64,000 bases of DNA from an uncultured Chloroflexia bacterium (GCA_963797095.1 CAWCNY010000001.1:416001-480000); one strand, 5' to 3'. Positions 49,787 to 60,729 are shown, counted from the first letter of the stretch. Notes: generated from the letters alone by a model not told the origin. A program made the numbers and translations.

Positions 49787-51790
49787 TTATTGAGGGGCCT
49801 CCAGCAGGAGCACATCACGAGCTGCTATAGTGGCCCTCCCGGCAGAAACTATGCTACCGTGCAGTAGGTCGACGTAAGTTCCAGGTAAGCTCACCTCACG
49901 GGGGGCAGGTGTATGATTGAGGACAAACAACAGCCTATGGCCATTCCCTTCCCGTGTGACCACCTCGACTCCTTGCGGTGCCGATTCGGCTGTAGCAAGA
50001 CCCGCCTCAGGCAGAAGCCAGCGCAGCAGCATCTCGCGGGCGGCAACATCAAGTGCCGCACCCACGTACATCGCCTTCCCATTACCGTATCGGTTTCTGG
50101 TGATGGCGGGCTGACCCGAGTAGAACTCCTGAGCGTACCGCGCAATAACCTCCGCCGTAGTGGGAGCAAGAATGTCAGCCCAGGCGTATGCGGCGCCACG
50201 AACCGCTCTTTCCAGCCCTGGAACGTGCCACTCGATATCGTTCGTCACGCCCGCAGGTAGGGAATCGTACTCGGCCACCTCTATACCGCACACCTCGGCC
50301 AGAAGGCCGGGTAGCCGCCGGTTCACGACAGCATTAGCTTCGTCTTTGACACCACTTCGGAAGAAGCAAACTAGGGTACCGCCGCCCCTCACATAAGATT
50401 GCAAGTTTGCCGCCACGTCGCTCGAGAGAACGTACAGCGGCAGCGCCACCACGAGCCTGTACGCGCTGAGGTCGTCGGTCGGAGAGATTACGTCGATACC
50501 TAAGTTGCTATCGTGGAAAGCGCGGTAAACGTCATGGAAATGCTTAGGGTAATCATAGCCCGGGTTATTGGCCTGCACCTGAAAGGCGAAACGTGAGTCG
50601 TATGAAAGGATCATGGCAACCTGAGCGTGAGGGCGCGTGCCGAGGAGGGTGTCGCCAACCTGCTTCAGCTCGGATCCCATGCGTGCCGCCTCCTCATAGC
50701 GCCGCCCGGGCGTGCCGGCGTGGTCCAGCAACCCGTGCCAGTATTGCTCGGTCCCGTGTCGTGCAGTTCTCCACCGGAAGAAGATAATGGCGTCGGCACC
50801 GTGCGCAATCTGCTGGTAGGCCCAGAGACGCAACTCGCCGGGGCGCGGCACAACGCTTACCAGGTCCCAACCGCCTGGCCCGGCTTGCTCCTCCATGACC
50901 CAGAAGTTCTTCTGCTTCAACCCCCTCATGGTCGTGGCAGCCAAGGCAGGAGCGCTCGGATCCACGTCGGCTTCGAGGCTCCATTGCGTGCGGGGGTAAT
51001 TGTCCCAGGAGACGAAGTCGAGATCCCTTGCCAGATCAAAGTAGTTGATCTGGTTGTAAATGAAGCCCATCAGATTGTGCGTGATGAACTGTGACGACGT
51101 GTGGCGGCGCAGGATGTCAATCTGCATCTTCTGGTAGTCGACGTAAGTGTCGGAGGTGAAACGACGGTAATCTAGAGCAAGCCCGGGGTTTGGAACCCCG
51201 CCCGACTTCAGAGGCACCGGGATCTGTGACCAGTCCGTATAAACATGGCTCCAGAAGATGGTGCCCCAGGCCGAGTTGAGCGTCTCCAGCGTGCGGTAGC
51301 GGTCTTGCAGCCACTGCTGAAAATGCGCCTGGCAAACCGGGCAATAACAGCGATCTCCGAACTCGTTGTCGATCTGCCAGCCAACAACGTTGGCGTTACC
51401 AGCGTAGTGTTCGGCCATTGCTGTAACGATTGCTCTGGAGTGCTCACGGTAGAGCGGGTGACTGGGGCAATACTCCCGGCGGTTACCGAAAGTGCGCCGC
51501 AACCCAGTCTCATCCACGAGAAAGAGCTCGGGGTGAGCTTGCATCAGCCATGGCGGAGGGGACGCCGTCGGGGTGCCGAGGATAACACGGATGCCTTGCT
51601 CGGCGAGAATATCCATCGCGCGGTCGAGCCAGGAGAAATCGAAGGTGCCTTCGCGCGGCTCAAGATAAGACCAGGCGAACTCCGCCAGCCGAGTGATGTT
51701 GAACCCTGCTTTGGCCATCAAATCCGCATCGATGGGCCAACGCTCTTCAGGCCAGTGCTCAGGATAGTAGTCGACTCCGTACGTGAACAT
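49787..51790 (-). CDS. GH42 beta-galactosidase
   Basis: YYPEHW, EFAWS..EP, WQIDNE, WVMEEQ, FFRWR. Confidence 0.92.
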   Translation of the reverse strand: MFTYGVDYYPEHWPEERWPIDADLMAKAGFNITRLAEFAWSYLEPREGTFDFSWLDRAMDILAEQGIRVILGTPTASPPPWLMQAHPELFLVDETGLRRTFGNRREYCPSHPLYREHSRAIVTAMAEHYAGNANVVGWQIDNEFGDRCYCPVCQAHFQQWLQDRYRTLETLNSAWGTIFWSHVYTDWSQIPVPLKSGGVPNPGLALDYRRFTSDTYVDYQKMQIDILRRHTSSQFITHNLMGFIYNQINYFDLARDLDFVSWDNYPRTQWSLEADVDPSAPALAATTMRGLKQKNFWVMEEQAGPGGWDLVSVVPRPGELRLWAYQQIAHGADAIIFFRWRTARHGTEQYWHGLLDHAGTPGRRYEEAARMGSELKQVGDTLLGTRPHAQVAMILSYDSRFAFQVQANNPGYDYPKHFHDVYRAFHDSNLGIDVISPTDDLSAYRLVVALPLYVLSSDVAANLQSYVRGGGTLVCFFRSGVKDEANAVVNRRLPGLLAEVCGIEVAEYDSLPAGVTNDIEWHVPGLERAVRGAAYAWADILAPTTAEVIARYAQEFYSGQPAITRNRYGNGKAMYVGAALDVAAREMLLRWLLPEAGLATAESAPQGVEVVTREGNGHRLLFVLNHTPAPREVSLPGTYVDLLHGSIVSAGRATIAARDVLLLEAPQ

Positions 51791-51799
51791 GGACTTCCC

Positions 51800-52909
51800 C
51801 TAATTAGTGGGTGCTTGACGGCCCGTGTCAACATTCACGGGGTTGTGCTCTAGGGTGATAACCCGGGAACTGCTTGATCGGATTACGAGTTCAGGCTCGA
51901 GGCTGTAAGGCTCGGCAGGCGTCAAGCTGCCTGTCCTATGCCTTGCATCGACGAGACCGTTCAGCACGCGAACGGCAGATCGGCCTATCTCCTCAGAAGG
52001 CTGTCGCACAGTTGTGAGGGGTGGGATGAAATATGACGCCTCAGGAATGTCATCGAAGCCCACGATTGCCAAGTCATCTGGAACTCGAAGACCTGAGATC
52101 CAGGCACCATGCAACACGCCTTGTGCCATCTGGTCATTCGACGCGAAGAGGGCATCCATCTCCGGAAATCTCTCGCAAAGTTTGATGAAGGCCTGCTCGC
52201 CACTGGCCGCGCCCCAATCTCCCTCGAAAATCTGGCGATCGTCATATTGGATACCTGCGGTGGATAGAGCGTCCTCCCAGCCTAGCTTTCGCTCTCGTGC
52301 CTCCCACCAGTCCAGCGGCCCCGTAATGAGGCCGATTTGTCTATACCCTTGCTCCACCAAGTGCTCGGTCGCGAGGCGCCCACCTGCTCGGTTGTCAAGA
52401 GCCACCACGGACAACTCGGATCGTGGCTGCATGGTGAGGAAGACGATAGGCACGGCGATCTGGGGCACTTGATGCTGGACCCAACTGCGGTTGTTGCCGA
52501 TCTCCGGAACGGCCCATACGATGCCCTCCACCTGCCGTGACAGCAGGTTGGTAAGAATGGGGTCTATTTCTTCTGTACTTGGCTCGTGAACGATGCTCAG
52601 TAGTACGGAGTAGCCCAACGCGTTCGCCTGACGTTCAATGCCAACCACGGTCCGCGAGGGGCCGTAGAACTCGGGCGCGGTTCCAACTACGCCTAGAGTT
52701 TGGCTGCGACGGGAGACCAGCCCACGGGCAATTGCGTTGGGGCGGTAATCCAGCCGCGCGATGACCTCCAGCACGCGGTCGCGCGTTTCTTCCGAAACAT
52801 CGGGGCGGTCATTGATGACTCTTGATACAGTCTGAATAGAGACCTGCGCCTCTTTGGCCACTTGCTTGATGGTTGTGTGGCTATTCAACCTGTGACGGGC
52901 GATTCTCAA
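51800..52909 (-). CDS. LacI-family regulator
   Basis: TIKQVAKEA.VS..TVSRVIN, VGFDD, PPLTTV. Confidence 0.93.
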   Translation of the reverse strand: MRIARHRLNSHTTIKQVAKEAQVSIQTVSRVINDRPDVSEETRDRVLEVIARLDYRPNAIARGLVSRRSQTLGVVGTAPEFYGPSRTVVGIERQANALGYSVLLSIVHEPSTEEIDPILTNLLSRQVEGIVWAVPEIGNNRSWVQHQVPQIAVPIVFLTMQPRSELSVVALDNRAGGRLATEHLVEQGYRQIGLITGPLDWWEARERKLGWEDALSTAGIQYDDRQIFEGDWGAASGEQAFIKLCERFPEMDALFASNDQMAQGVLHGAWISGLRVPDDLAIVGFDDIPEASYFIPPLTTVRQPSEEIGRSAVRVLNGLVDARHRTGSLTPAEPYSLEPELVIRSSSSRVITLEHNPVNVDTGRQAPTN

Positions 52910-52958
52910 GCCTTACGCTCCTTCTCAGGATCTGCACCCTCCAGCAGCTTTGAAAGAC

Positions 52959-54113
52959 CTAGACGTTCTGTTCTGCTGGGTCGAGCGGCAAGCGAATGGG
53001 TCGTCCGCCCTGCATAGCAGACATTCTGATAGCCAGTGTTATCTCCTGATCCAGCCTGGCCTGCTGCGCCCCGTAGGTCGGCTCAGTATCCTTACGCACG
53101 GCGTCGACCAGACTCATTATGCTGCCCGCGATGCCGATCTCATCGTCATGCCACTGCTGGTTGCGTTTCTTCTGCATGGTAAAGAGTGGATTATCCCAGC
53201 GGACTATAGGGGTTTGGGGGTCGCCGGTGTGGGCGACCATCGCTTCGAGTATTCCGCCGTCTACTCGCTCCCAACGGCGCTCAACACTGATGAAGCGCGG
53301 CCCTTCTCCGCCTGGGGCAAGCAAACTGAGCCACTCCTGCACTTCCAGGCCCCGGCCCACCGTTATGCCCATGCCCCTTTCTGCCAGGAAACGGCTACTG
53401 CGCCACCACCGGAGGGCGGAGTCGTAACCCACATCGGTCCAGTGGAAAATGCCGAGCCGGCCGTCCTCATACTCGATGAGACCATGTTCTTGGGTCTCGG
53501 TTCTTGGGCCTCTGCTGTTATCAAGTTTTGACCAATGAGGCGCCAAATCGTAAGAGTGGACGGAGCCTGTCACCTGCGCTGGCCGCGCGTCGAACCCCAG
53601 GTAGCTCCGCATCACGCTCACCCCATGGTAACCGTGGCCTGCGAAGTCGTTGAACGAGGAATAAACGCGGCCGAAAAGCCCCGACTCGATCAACTTAAGC
53701 TTTATCTGCTCGAGCGGGCGGCGGTGAAACTGCTCGTCGACCTCGATCTTGAGCCTCTGCCGCGCTGCGCACTCGATGATAGCGTCGGCCTCGCTCAACT
53801 TATGTGCTATCGGCGTAGCCAGCAATACGTGAAGGCCATGCTCGACCGCCATCAGGCCGACCTGTCCGTTAGCCATGTGGGTCACCGATACAACAGCCAT
53901 GGTAGGCTGCGTCTCCCGTACAAGAGCATCCAGATCCGTGTAGAAAGGAACGCCCAAAACCTGTCCCAGACGTGAGGCAGACTCCTCCCTGCGGCCCCAG
54001 ACCGAGACAAGCTTAACTTCGCCGGGCAACGCCTTGAGGATCGGCCCGTAGACGTTCGCTGATCTCGGGGTCGCCCCGAGGAGCGTCACTCTTATTGGTT
54101 GGTTCTTAGGCAT
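52959..54113 (-). CDS. Gfo/Idh/MocA oxidoreductase
   Basis: Rossmann-like N-terminus; HVLLATPIA where the family has HV..E(K/T)P. Confidence 0.75.
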   Translation of the reverse strand: MPKNQPIRVTLLGATPRSANVYGPILKALPGEVKLVSVWGRREESASRLGQVLGVPFYTDLDALVRETQPTMAVVSVTHMANGQVGLMAVEHGLHVLLATPIAHKLSEADAIIECAARQRLKIEVDEQFHRRPLEQIKLKLIESGLFGRVYSSFNDFAGHGYHGVSVMRSYLGFDARPAQVTGSVHSYDLAPHWSKLDNSRGPRTETQEHGLIEYEDGRLGIFHWTDVGYDSALRWWRSSRFLAERGMGITVGRGLEVQEWLSLLAPGGEGPRFISVERRWERVDGGILEAMVAHTGDPQTPIVRWDNPLFTMQKKRNQQWHDDEIGIAGSIMSLVDAVRKDTEPTYGAQQARLDQEITLAIRMSAMQGGRPIRLPLDPAEQNV

Positions 54114-54166
54114 TTACATTCTCCTTCCAGCCACCTAGTTCGTGCAATGACAGGTTCGCGATGCAA

Positions 54167-55033
54167 CTAGGCAGCCAGTAAGCGCTTCATCTCCAGCAGG
54201 TGGTCCAGACCGATAGCCAGCTCCGCGTCCAGCGTGGCGGCAGGGATGTTGCCCTCCCGTGCGTCATACGGCGCCTTGCCTTTGGGGAGCGGCTCCAGAG
54301 AGATCCCGCCCTCAAAGTCGATGTCATGCAGAGCCCGCACGATCTCTTTCCAATGCATTGTGCCTATGCCCGGCGCCTGGCGGGTATTGTCCGCAACGTG
54401 CAAATGCTGGAACCAGTAGTGACCTGCTCGCCTTACGGCGTTCGGAATGCCATCAGCTTCTTCGATCTGCATGTGGAAGGTATCGCCCATAACCCTACAC
54501 GCTGGGTGATCAATCCGTTTTGCCAGATCTATAGCATCCTCTACGCTGTTGACGAGCCCGACCTCGTAGCGGTTGATAGGCTCAATTGTCAGGAGTATAT
54601 TCGCCTGCCCGGCGTACTCCGCCGCTCGCCGCATCGGCTCGATCGCGGTGTCAAGGTCCACCTCCTTCGAGACCAACGGCACTGGCTTACCTACTAGGCT
54701 CGGCACTATCAGGACGCTGCGCGCCCCCACAGCAGCTGCCAGATCGACACAAGCCTTTGCGTAATCCACGGCCTTCTCGCGCTCGCCTGAATCGGGGTGG
54801 GAGAAGAGCCGCAGGTCATTCGGAGCAGGGCCGGGGTGCATGCCACATATGGACTGGACTGTCAGCCCAGCGTCTTTAACCAGTTCATTGACACTGTTAC
54901 CGTTGTAGATAGCAGGCTCGCCGACAAGTTCGATGCCATGGAAGCCGATGGACGCTGCGCGGCTCACTACCTCGGGCAGCGGGCAGGCACCAAATATCCA
55001 GGTGTTGACAACTATCTTTATGTCGCGATTTAC
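54167..55033 (-). CDS. Sugar isomerase/epimerase (ketose 3-epimerase-like TIM barrel)
   Basis: EPINRYE, DTFHMQIEE, HVADNTR, SLE; start uncertain (GTA after an SD at 55033, or GTG at 54967). Confidence 0.85.
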   Translation of the reverse strand, partial: VNRDIKIVVNTWIFGACPLPEVVSRAASIGFHGIELVGEPAIYNGNSVNELVKDAGLTVQSICGMHPGPAPNDLRLFSHPDSGEREKAVDYAKACVDLAAAVGARSVLIVPSLVGKPVPLVSKEVDLDTAIEPMRRAAEYAGQANILLTIEPINRYEVGLVNSVEDAIDLAKRIDHPACRVMGDTFHMQIEEADGIPNAVRRAGHYWFQHLHVADNTRQAPGIGTMHWKEIVRALHDIDFEGGISLEPLPKGKAPYDAREGNIPAATLDAELAIGLDHLLEMKRLLAA

Positions 55034-55072
55034 GGAAACCTCCTTTCCGAGGTCACTCTTATTGCTATCAAA

Positions 55073-56302
55073 TTATCCGCCCCAGCCCTGGGCGGTGCCA
55101 ACCCTTTCGGCAGCAGCACGCTCTCCGTACCCGGTACGCGCATACTCCGCAAGGGGATCTTCCGCCCCACCTAACCCCGCTCGCACCCTGGCTGTCAACG
55201 GGCTTACGTCGGTATCGAACGCCTCGCGCAGAACCAGATAGGCTCCGAGTATATCGCCCTCCTCCTGTTGGGTTCTCAGGCGCTCACGGTTCACCAACAG
55301 CGCCTTTGCGTACGCTTGCTGTACAGCCAGGACTGAAAGGATCATGGCTGGAATCTTGGGCTCTATGTTGTGCGACTGGTCAATCATGTACGCGACGCTA
55401 CGCGCTGTTCTTGCCACCAGCGGATCCGTATCCTGTTCGCCACCCGTCAGTTCGTGGAAGATGAGGAAGAGCGCGAACGGGTTGATGCTCCCGACTATTA
55501 GGTCGTCATCGGCATACTGGCGGTCGTTGAAATGGAAGCCGCCGAGCAGACCTTCGGCGAGGAGCCCGGCCACTATGGCAGCCACGTTTGTCCCTTGTGC
55601 GTGATGCCCTGTGTCCACCAGCACCTGAGCCTGTGGGCCCAGCCCCCGGGCCAGCAGCGCAGCCGTTCCCCAGTCAGCTAGATCCGTGTGCCAGAACGCG
55701 GGCTCAAAGAACTTGTACTCGATGAGCATACGGCTGCCCTCAGGGAGAGCAGCGTAGACCTCCTCTAGAGTCTCGCGAAGGTATTGCCTTCGACGACGGA
55801 TATCGTCCTGCCCCGGGTAGTTCGTCCCGTCGGCGAACCACAGGCTCAAGATATCCGAGCCGGTCTCGCGCATCACTACTATGCAGTCAAGCATGTGCTG
55901 CACGGCCTGCCGCCGAACTCTCGCATCCGGGTGGGTGACACTCCCCAGCTTGTATTCGTCCTCTTGGAAGAGGTTGGGGTTGATTGCACCAATGCTTATC
56001 CCTTCGCGCTCAGCATGGTCGCGAAGTGCTCTGTAGTCATCGACCTGATCCCAGGGAATGTGTAGGGCCACTGTCGGCGCAATTCGCGTGAGCCTTTGCA
56101 CGAGGGCGGCATCTGAGATCTTCTCGAAGGCGGTGCGTGGTACTCCCGGCGCCTTGAACACTTTGAAGCGCGTTCCCGAATTGCCGTAGCCCCACGAGGG
56201 TGTTTCAATGCGTTGCTGTTTCAGCCGGGCCTCAACGCCAGCCACGTCCACCCCACGATCTCTTAGATCCCTGACCAGGCGCTCGTACCTGTTCTCGTCC
56301 AT
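55073..56302 (-). CDS. rhaI: L-rhamnose isomerase (RhaI type)
   Basis: ETPSWG.GNSGTRF, LHIPWD, DGTNYPGQ, EYK.FEP, DQSHN. Confidence 0.88.
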   Translation of the reverse strand: MDENRYERLVRDLRDRGVDVAGVEARLKQQRIETPSWGYGNSGTRFKVFKAPGVPRTAFEKISDAALVQRLTRIAPTVALHIPWDQVDDYRALRDHAEREGISIGAINPNLFQEDEYKLGSVTHPDARVRRQAVQHMLDCIVVMRETGSDILSLWFADGTNYPGQDDIRRRRQYLRETLEEVYAALPEGSRMLIEYKFFEPAFWHTDLADWGTAALLARGLGPQAQVLVDTGHHAQGTNVAAIVAGLLAEGLLGGFHFNDRQYADDDLIVGSINPFALFLIFHELTGGEQDTDPLVARTARSVAYMIDQSHNIEPKIPAMILSVLAVQQAYAKALLVNRERLRTQQEEGDILGAYLVLREAFDTDVSPLTARVRAGLGGAEDPLAEYARTGYGERAAAERVGTAQGWGG

Positions 56303-56374
56303 GGAACTACTCCCATCAAGCTATTAGCGCGAGTTGCCGACTAGGCAGCTGCGGCCAAACAACACTTCGCCAAC

Positions 56375-57769
56375 TCAATTGCAGGCTGCACTTACGATCT
56401 CAGCGAGGCCCCGCTTCGGCGTGCAATTCTCGAAGGAAAACGACTGCATCATACGGTCGATCTCCTTTTCTCCCATCCCTCTAAACTGCTCCGCGAACGC
56501 GGGCAGAAGCGCCTGTGAGAGTGTCTCCTGGCATATAGAGCCATAAAGGTTCTCCAGGAGTAGCTCCCACTCCTCGCCCTCTATCTTAATCTCCCGGCGA
56601 ACGGCCGCCGCAAGCGCGTCAATCCGTTGGCTGACGTCTGTCCGCCCTCGTTCGATCCAATAATCGCAGCGCAGGCTGGTCTTGAAGGCTCGCACGCCCC
56701 TCGTCCGCTCCATCCACTCTGAGCGCGGATCGACATTCAGCACGCCCATCGGGCCGATGTCCTTATAGTGCCAGAGCGTCCAGTGGTGTCCTTCTCGATT
56801 CATGATCTCAAGCATATCGGAGAGGACGGCCAGTCCGGCCGAGTCCGTCGCTCCGCCGTTAAAGATGGCTCCGAACTCGCCTGCCCACGCAGGCACCCCG
56901 TTGGAGCGCATGTAGGCAGAGCGCTCCAACAGCACGCCCTCTAGCCAATCGCGACCGCATAGAGTGTCGTCCAACTCGACCGGGTAGCTGCCTGTTTCCA
57001 GGACGGGCTCGGGATAGAAGTGATAGCTGTAGACGGCATTGCCATCAAAGGGCAGCTCAAGCTCGTGGCACCGCTGGGCGTAATGGTTCCCGTCCAGGAA
57101 GATGATGTGATGCCGGTCGATCTCACGAATAGCCTCCGTAGCTCGACGGTAGAATCGGTGCAGCCATGGAAGCTCGCGCTTCGAGGCGACCGGCTCATTC
57201 ATCAGGTTGTATCCCGCGACCGTCGGCTCGTCCTTGAAGTGCGTGGCGAGATCGCGCCAGACCGCGAGAGCCATCCCCTCAAACGCCTCGTAGCTCCAGA
57301 ACAGAGCCTGGCGACCGGGATTGTCGCAATGCCAGCCGGGGCTTTGCCAGCCGGGCAGGGTATGCAAATCCAACACGACGTGCAGGCCATGCTTCCTTGC
57401 CCAGCCAACCAACTGATCCAGACGCTTCAACCCGTCGGCCGTGTACTCGGAGAGCCGCTCGTCCCGTACAAAGTGCCTGTAGTTGAACGCCACCCGGACG
57501 GCAGTCGCGCCCAGCGAGGCGACGTAGTGCAGATCAGCCTCGCTCAGGAAGTAGTCGAGGAACCGGTCAAAGAAGAAGCGTGCCTTCTCCTGTCCAAGCA
57601 CCTCGGCCACGGCCTGCCGCTGCCGGGTTTCGTTGCCCGGGTAGCCGGTGATCGAATTCTCCATGTTGAGCCAGCCGCCGAGACAGACACCCTTGAGCCG
57701 CACGGGGGCATCTTGCTCGTCGACTATCTTACTTCCCTTGACACGCCACCAGATTGGAGTCTGCATCAT
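56375..57769 (-). CDS. GH5 glycoside hydrolase
   Basis: LGGWLNME, LDLH, NEP (acid/base), H.Y, GEFG (nucleophile). Confidence 0.9.
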   Translation of the reverse strand: MMQTPIWWRVKGSKIVDEQDAPVRLKGVCLGGWLNMENSITGYPGNETRQRQAVAEVLGQEKARFFFDRFLDYFLSEADLHYVASLGATAVRVAFNYRHFVRDERLSEYTADGLKRLDQLVGWARKHGLHVVLDLHTLPGWQSPGWHCDNPGRQALFWSYEAFEGMALAVWRDLATHFKDEPTVAGYNLMNEPVASKRELPWLHRFYRRATEAIREIDRHHIIFLDGNHYAQRCHELELPFDGNAVYSYHFYPEPVLETGSYPVELDDTLCGRDWLEGVLLERSAYMRSNGVPAWAGEFGAIFNGGATDSAGLAVLSDMLEIMNREGHHWTLWHYKDIGPMGVLNVDPRSEWMERTRGVRAFKTSLRCDYWIERGRTDVSQRIDALAAAVRREIKIEGEEWELLLENLYGSICQETLSQALLPAFAEQFRGMGEKEIDRMMQSFSFENCTPKRGLAEIVSAACN

Positions 57770-57780
57770 CTAAGCTGGTC

Positions 57781-58797
57781 CTAAAGCTGAACCGGGCGGC
57801 CGGTGCGAGCCGACTCGAGGATAGCGAGGGCGCTCTTCAGGAGCTCGCGGCTGAGGCTGAGCGGGACGACCGGCTGCGCGCCATCGAGCACACAGGCCTC
57901 CATCGCCTCGACTTCCTTCTCCCATGGGTTGGAAGCCGGTACGACGATCTGCTCTTCGTTCCCGTCCATGTCGGCAAGCCTAATGATGGTGTCGGTACCG
58001 TGCTGGCTGCGCGTGTTCATACCGGGGATTATGGTTTTGTCGAGGCGAATGACACCTTCGCTGCCGATGATTTGAGCGCCCTCCACAAATGGTGAGCGCC
58101 AGCCCGAGTAAATCTGCGCGAATGCGCCGGTGTCAAAGCGCATCTGGCTGGCCGTGATAAGGTCCACTCCGGTCGACCCCATCTCGCTGGTGGCCCACAC
58201 CTCAACGGGCGCTTTCCCGCCCGCCAAGGTGATCGCGAGGCTGTTCGGGTAGACGCCTACGTCCCACAACGAGCCGCCGTGCAGTTCGGCGCTGAGGCGG
58301 ATATTTTCGATTTCGTCGAGCGGCAAATTGTAGCTGAACCAGGCGTTGAACAGGCGCAGTTCGCCGATTCGCCCGTCCTGGATCAGTTGGAGCACCTGGC
58401 GATTCTGTGGGGCATGCAGGGCCATGAAGGCCTCAAAGATGACGACATTGTGCTCGCGCGCCGCGGCCTCTACGGCCTCCATGCCCGCCACCGTCGTGAC
58501 GAGCGGTTTCTCCACAAGCGCGTGTTTGCCGGCCTGTGCAGCCTTGACTGCCCACTCTCCATGCATCGTGTTCGGCACGGGCATATAGACAGCATCGATC
58601 TGAGGGTCCGCTAGGAGCTCATCATAGCTGCCGTATGCTGTTGGGATGCCCTGCTCGTCGGCGAACTTTCGGGCTTTGCCTGGATCTCGGCTAGCGACCG
58701 CCACGAGCTCGCTGCGTGGGGCTTCGCGAAGCGCGAAGATCAGCGCCTCTGTTATTGCCGCAGTCGAAAGAATACCCCAGCGAAGATGTTGTGCCAT
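57781..58797 (-). CDS. Gfo/Idh/MocA oxidoreductase
   Basis: RWGILST, GKHALVEKP, GGSLWDVGVY. Confidence 0.9.
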   Translation of the reverse strand: MAQHLRWGILSTAAITEALIFALREAPRSELVAVASRDPGKARKFADEQGIPTAYGSYDELLADPQIDAVYMPVPNTMHGEWAVKAAQAGKHALVEKPLVTTVAGMEAVEAAAREHNVVIFEAFMALHAPQNRQVLQLIQDGRIGELRLFNAWFSYNLPLDEIENIRLSAELHGGSLWDVGVYPNSLAITLAGGKAPVEVWATSEMGSTGVDLITASQMRFDTGAFAQIYSGWRSPFVEGAQIIGSEGVIRLDKTIIPGMNTRSQHGTDTIIRLADMDGNEEQIVVPASNPWEKEVEAMEACVLDGAQPVVPLSLSRELLKSALAILESARTGRPVQL

Positions 58798-58807
58798 GGT
58801 AGCCTCC

Positions 58808-59854
58808 TTATTTATGCTCTTGCGTGCCGGCAACCGGAACTTTGGCCTGCGCGAAGATGGTGTCCATTTGATCTCGGGGAACGGCCTCTACCCCACTGTA
58901 AAGCATGCAGGCTGCTACTCTATGCTCGTCCGTTCTGAACAAGGGTGGGGGCGCAGGCAAACAGACCGGCATCGCGAACGGACAGCGGTCGGCGAATTTG
59001 CAGCCATGATAGGGCTGGCCGAGGGTGATCGCGGACGAAGGTGCGGGTTCGCCGCCCCACTGCTTCTCCGGGTCGGGCTGTGGGATCGAGTTGATTAGTT
59101 GCTGAGTGTACGGGTGCTTCGGAGAGAGGACGATCTGCTCAACGTCTCCTGCCTCGGCGACCGAGCCGTGATACAGCACTATCATATTGTCAGAGAGCTG
59201 GAAAGCGGTCGCCAGGTCGTGGGTAATGTATAAGATAGATATGCCGAACTCCTTGTTCAGCTGCTGCAAGTTGCCCAGGATCGTCGCTCTTAGCGAGGCG
59301 TCGACCATGGAAACGGGCTCGTCGGCTATTATCAGCTTGGGCCGGATGAGAAGGGCGCGGGCGATGGCAACCCTCTGCCTCTGCCCGCCACTCAGTTGGT
59401 GCGGGTAGCGGCCGAGGGTCTCACTTGGATCAAGGCCGACGGTTGTCAGCACCGTTTCTATCAACTTCGTGCGTTCGGCCCGCGACGCCGCAAGCTTGAA
59501 CTTGTCGATAGCGACGGTGAGGAGGTGGTCGACCCTGTAGAAGGGGTTGTAAACTTCGAAGGGGTCCTGAAAGATGATCTGCACGTCCCGCCGGAACTGC
59601 TGCCGCTCGGCAGAGGTGAGGCGCTGCAGGCTCTTGCCCATGTACAGCACATCACCTGACGTGGGTGCGATCAGCCCCAGGAAAAGGCGAGCCACCGTGG
59701 TCTTGCCGCTACCACTCTCACCGACTAGAGCGGTGATGGAAGGTGGCTGCCCCTCGATAGTGAGCGAGAAGTCCTCGATAGCGTAGTTGGTGTTCTTGCT
59801 CGACACTCTGCCAAAGGCTTTGGTGACGTCGCGGGCCTGCAAGAGTGGTGGCAT
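58808..59854 (-). CDS. ABC ATPase (OppF-like)
   Basis: GESGSGKT, LSGGQRQR, DEP, HPYT. Confidence 0.92.
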   Translation of the reverse strand: MPPLLQARDVTKAFGRVSSKNTNYAIEDFSLTIEGQPPSITALVGESGSGKTTVARLFLGLIAPTSGDVLYMGKSLQRLTSAERQQFRRDVQIIFQDPFEVYNPFYRVDHLLTVAIDKFKLAASRAERTKLIETVLTTVGLDPSETLGRYPHQLSGGQRQRVAIARALLIRPKLIIADEPVSMVDASLRATILGNLQQLNKEFGISILYITHDLATAFQLSDNMIVLYHGSVAEAGDVEQIVLSPKHPYTQQLINSIPQPDPEKQWGGEPAPSSAITLGQPYHGCKFADRCPFAMPVCLPAPPPLFRTDEHRVAACMLYSGVEAVPRDQMDTIFAQAKVPVAGTQEHK

Positions 59855-60729
59855 CAGGCGCTCTCCCCTACAACCGCCGGTGCCTCTTTCCTCTCAAGAG
59901 AGGGCAAGCTCGAGATCAACATGCGGGTGTAATTGTGCTGCGGCCTGAGCAGCACTGCCTCGACCGAGCCAAGCTCGACTATCTCGCCTGCACGCATGAC
60001 GGCCAACGTGTGGACCGACTGTGCCATCAGCCCCATATCATGCCCGATAAGCAGTACCGCCGCCTGAATCGCCTCTTGAGCGTGGCGTAGCGTCTCGATC
60101 ACTTGCCGCTGGACGATGACATCCAGAGCGCTGGTGGGCTCGTCAGCAATGATCAACTTGGGTCGCATCGATATGCCGATGGCGGTAACCACCCGTTGCT
60201 TCATGCCCCCGCTCAACTCGTGCGGGTACATGTTAGCCACTTGCCGGTTGAGCCCAACGGACTCCAGAAGCTCTTGAACTTTCATTTCCTGCTCACGCCG
60301 CGACAGGTGGACGCCGTGATCCCGCAGCCCGTCGAGTAGTTGAGTGTGGATGCGATTGACGGGATTCAAGGAGTTCATAGCGCCCTGGGCGATAAGCGAC
60401 ACCCCCGCAAGGCGCAACTGCCGCATCTGCTCGTCGCTGATTTTGAGTAGGTTCACCGCTTGCCCGTTACCGTTGGGCCGCGCTCGGCGGTTTAGGAGAC
60501 CAGATGCTCCGTCCAGCCAGATCTCGCCGCCAGTAATCCGGCCGGGCCGCTTGATCAGGCGCAGAATGGCCATAGCGATCGTGGACTTGCCCGAGCCGGA
60601 TTCTCCCACCAGTCCGAAGCGCTCGCCCGGCTGAATATCGAAGCTGACACCATCTACGGCCTTTACCAAGCGATTAGGCGTCGGGTAGTAGACGCGAAGG
60701 TCTTTAACCTGCAGGACGGGTGCGCTCAT
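59854..60729 (-). CDS. ABC ATPase (OppD-like)
   Basis: GESGSGKS, YPHELSGGMKQR, DEPT. Confidence 0.92.
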   Translation of the reverse strand: MSAPVLQVKDLRVYYPTPNRLVKAVDGVSFDIQPGERFGLVGESGSGKSTIAMAILRLIKRPGRITGGEIWLDGASGLLNRRARPNGNGQAVNLLKISDEQMRQLRLAGVSLIAQGAMNSLNPVNRIHTQLLDGLRDHGVHLSRREQEMKVQELLESVGLNRQVANMYPHELSGGMKQRVVTAIGISMRPKLIIADEPTSALDVIVQRQVIETLRHAQEAIQAAVLLIGHDMGLMAQSVHTLAVMRAGEIVELGSVEAVLLRPQHNYTRMLISSLPSLERKEAPAVVGESA

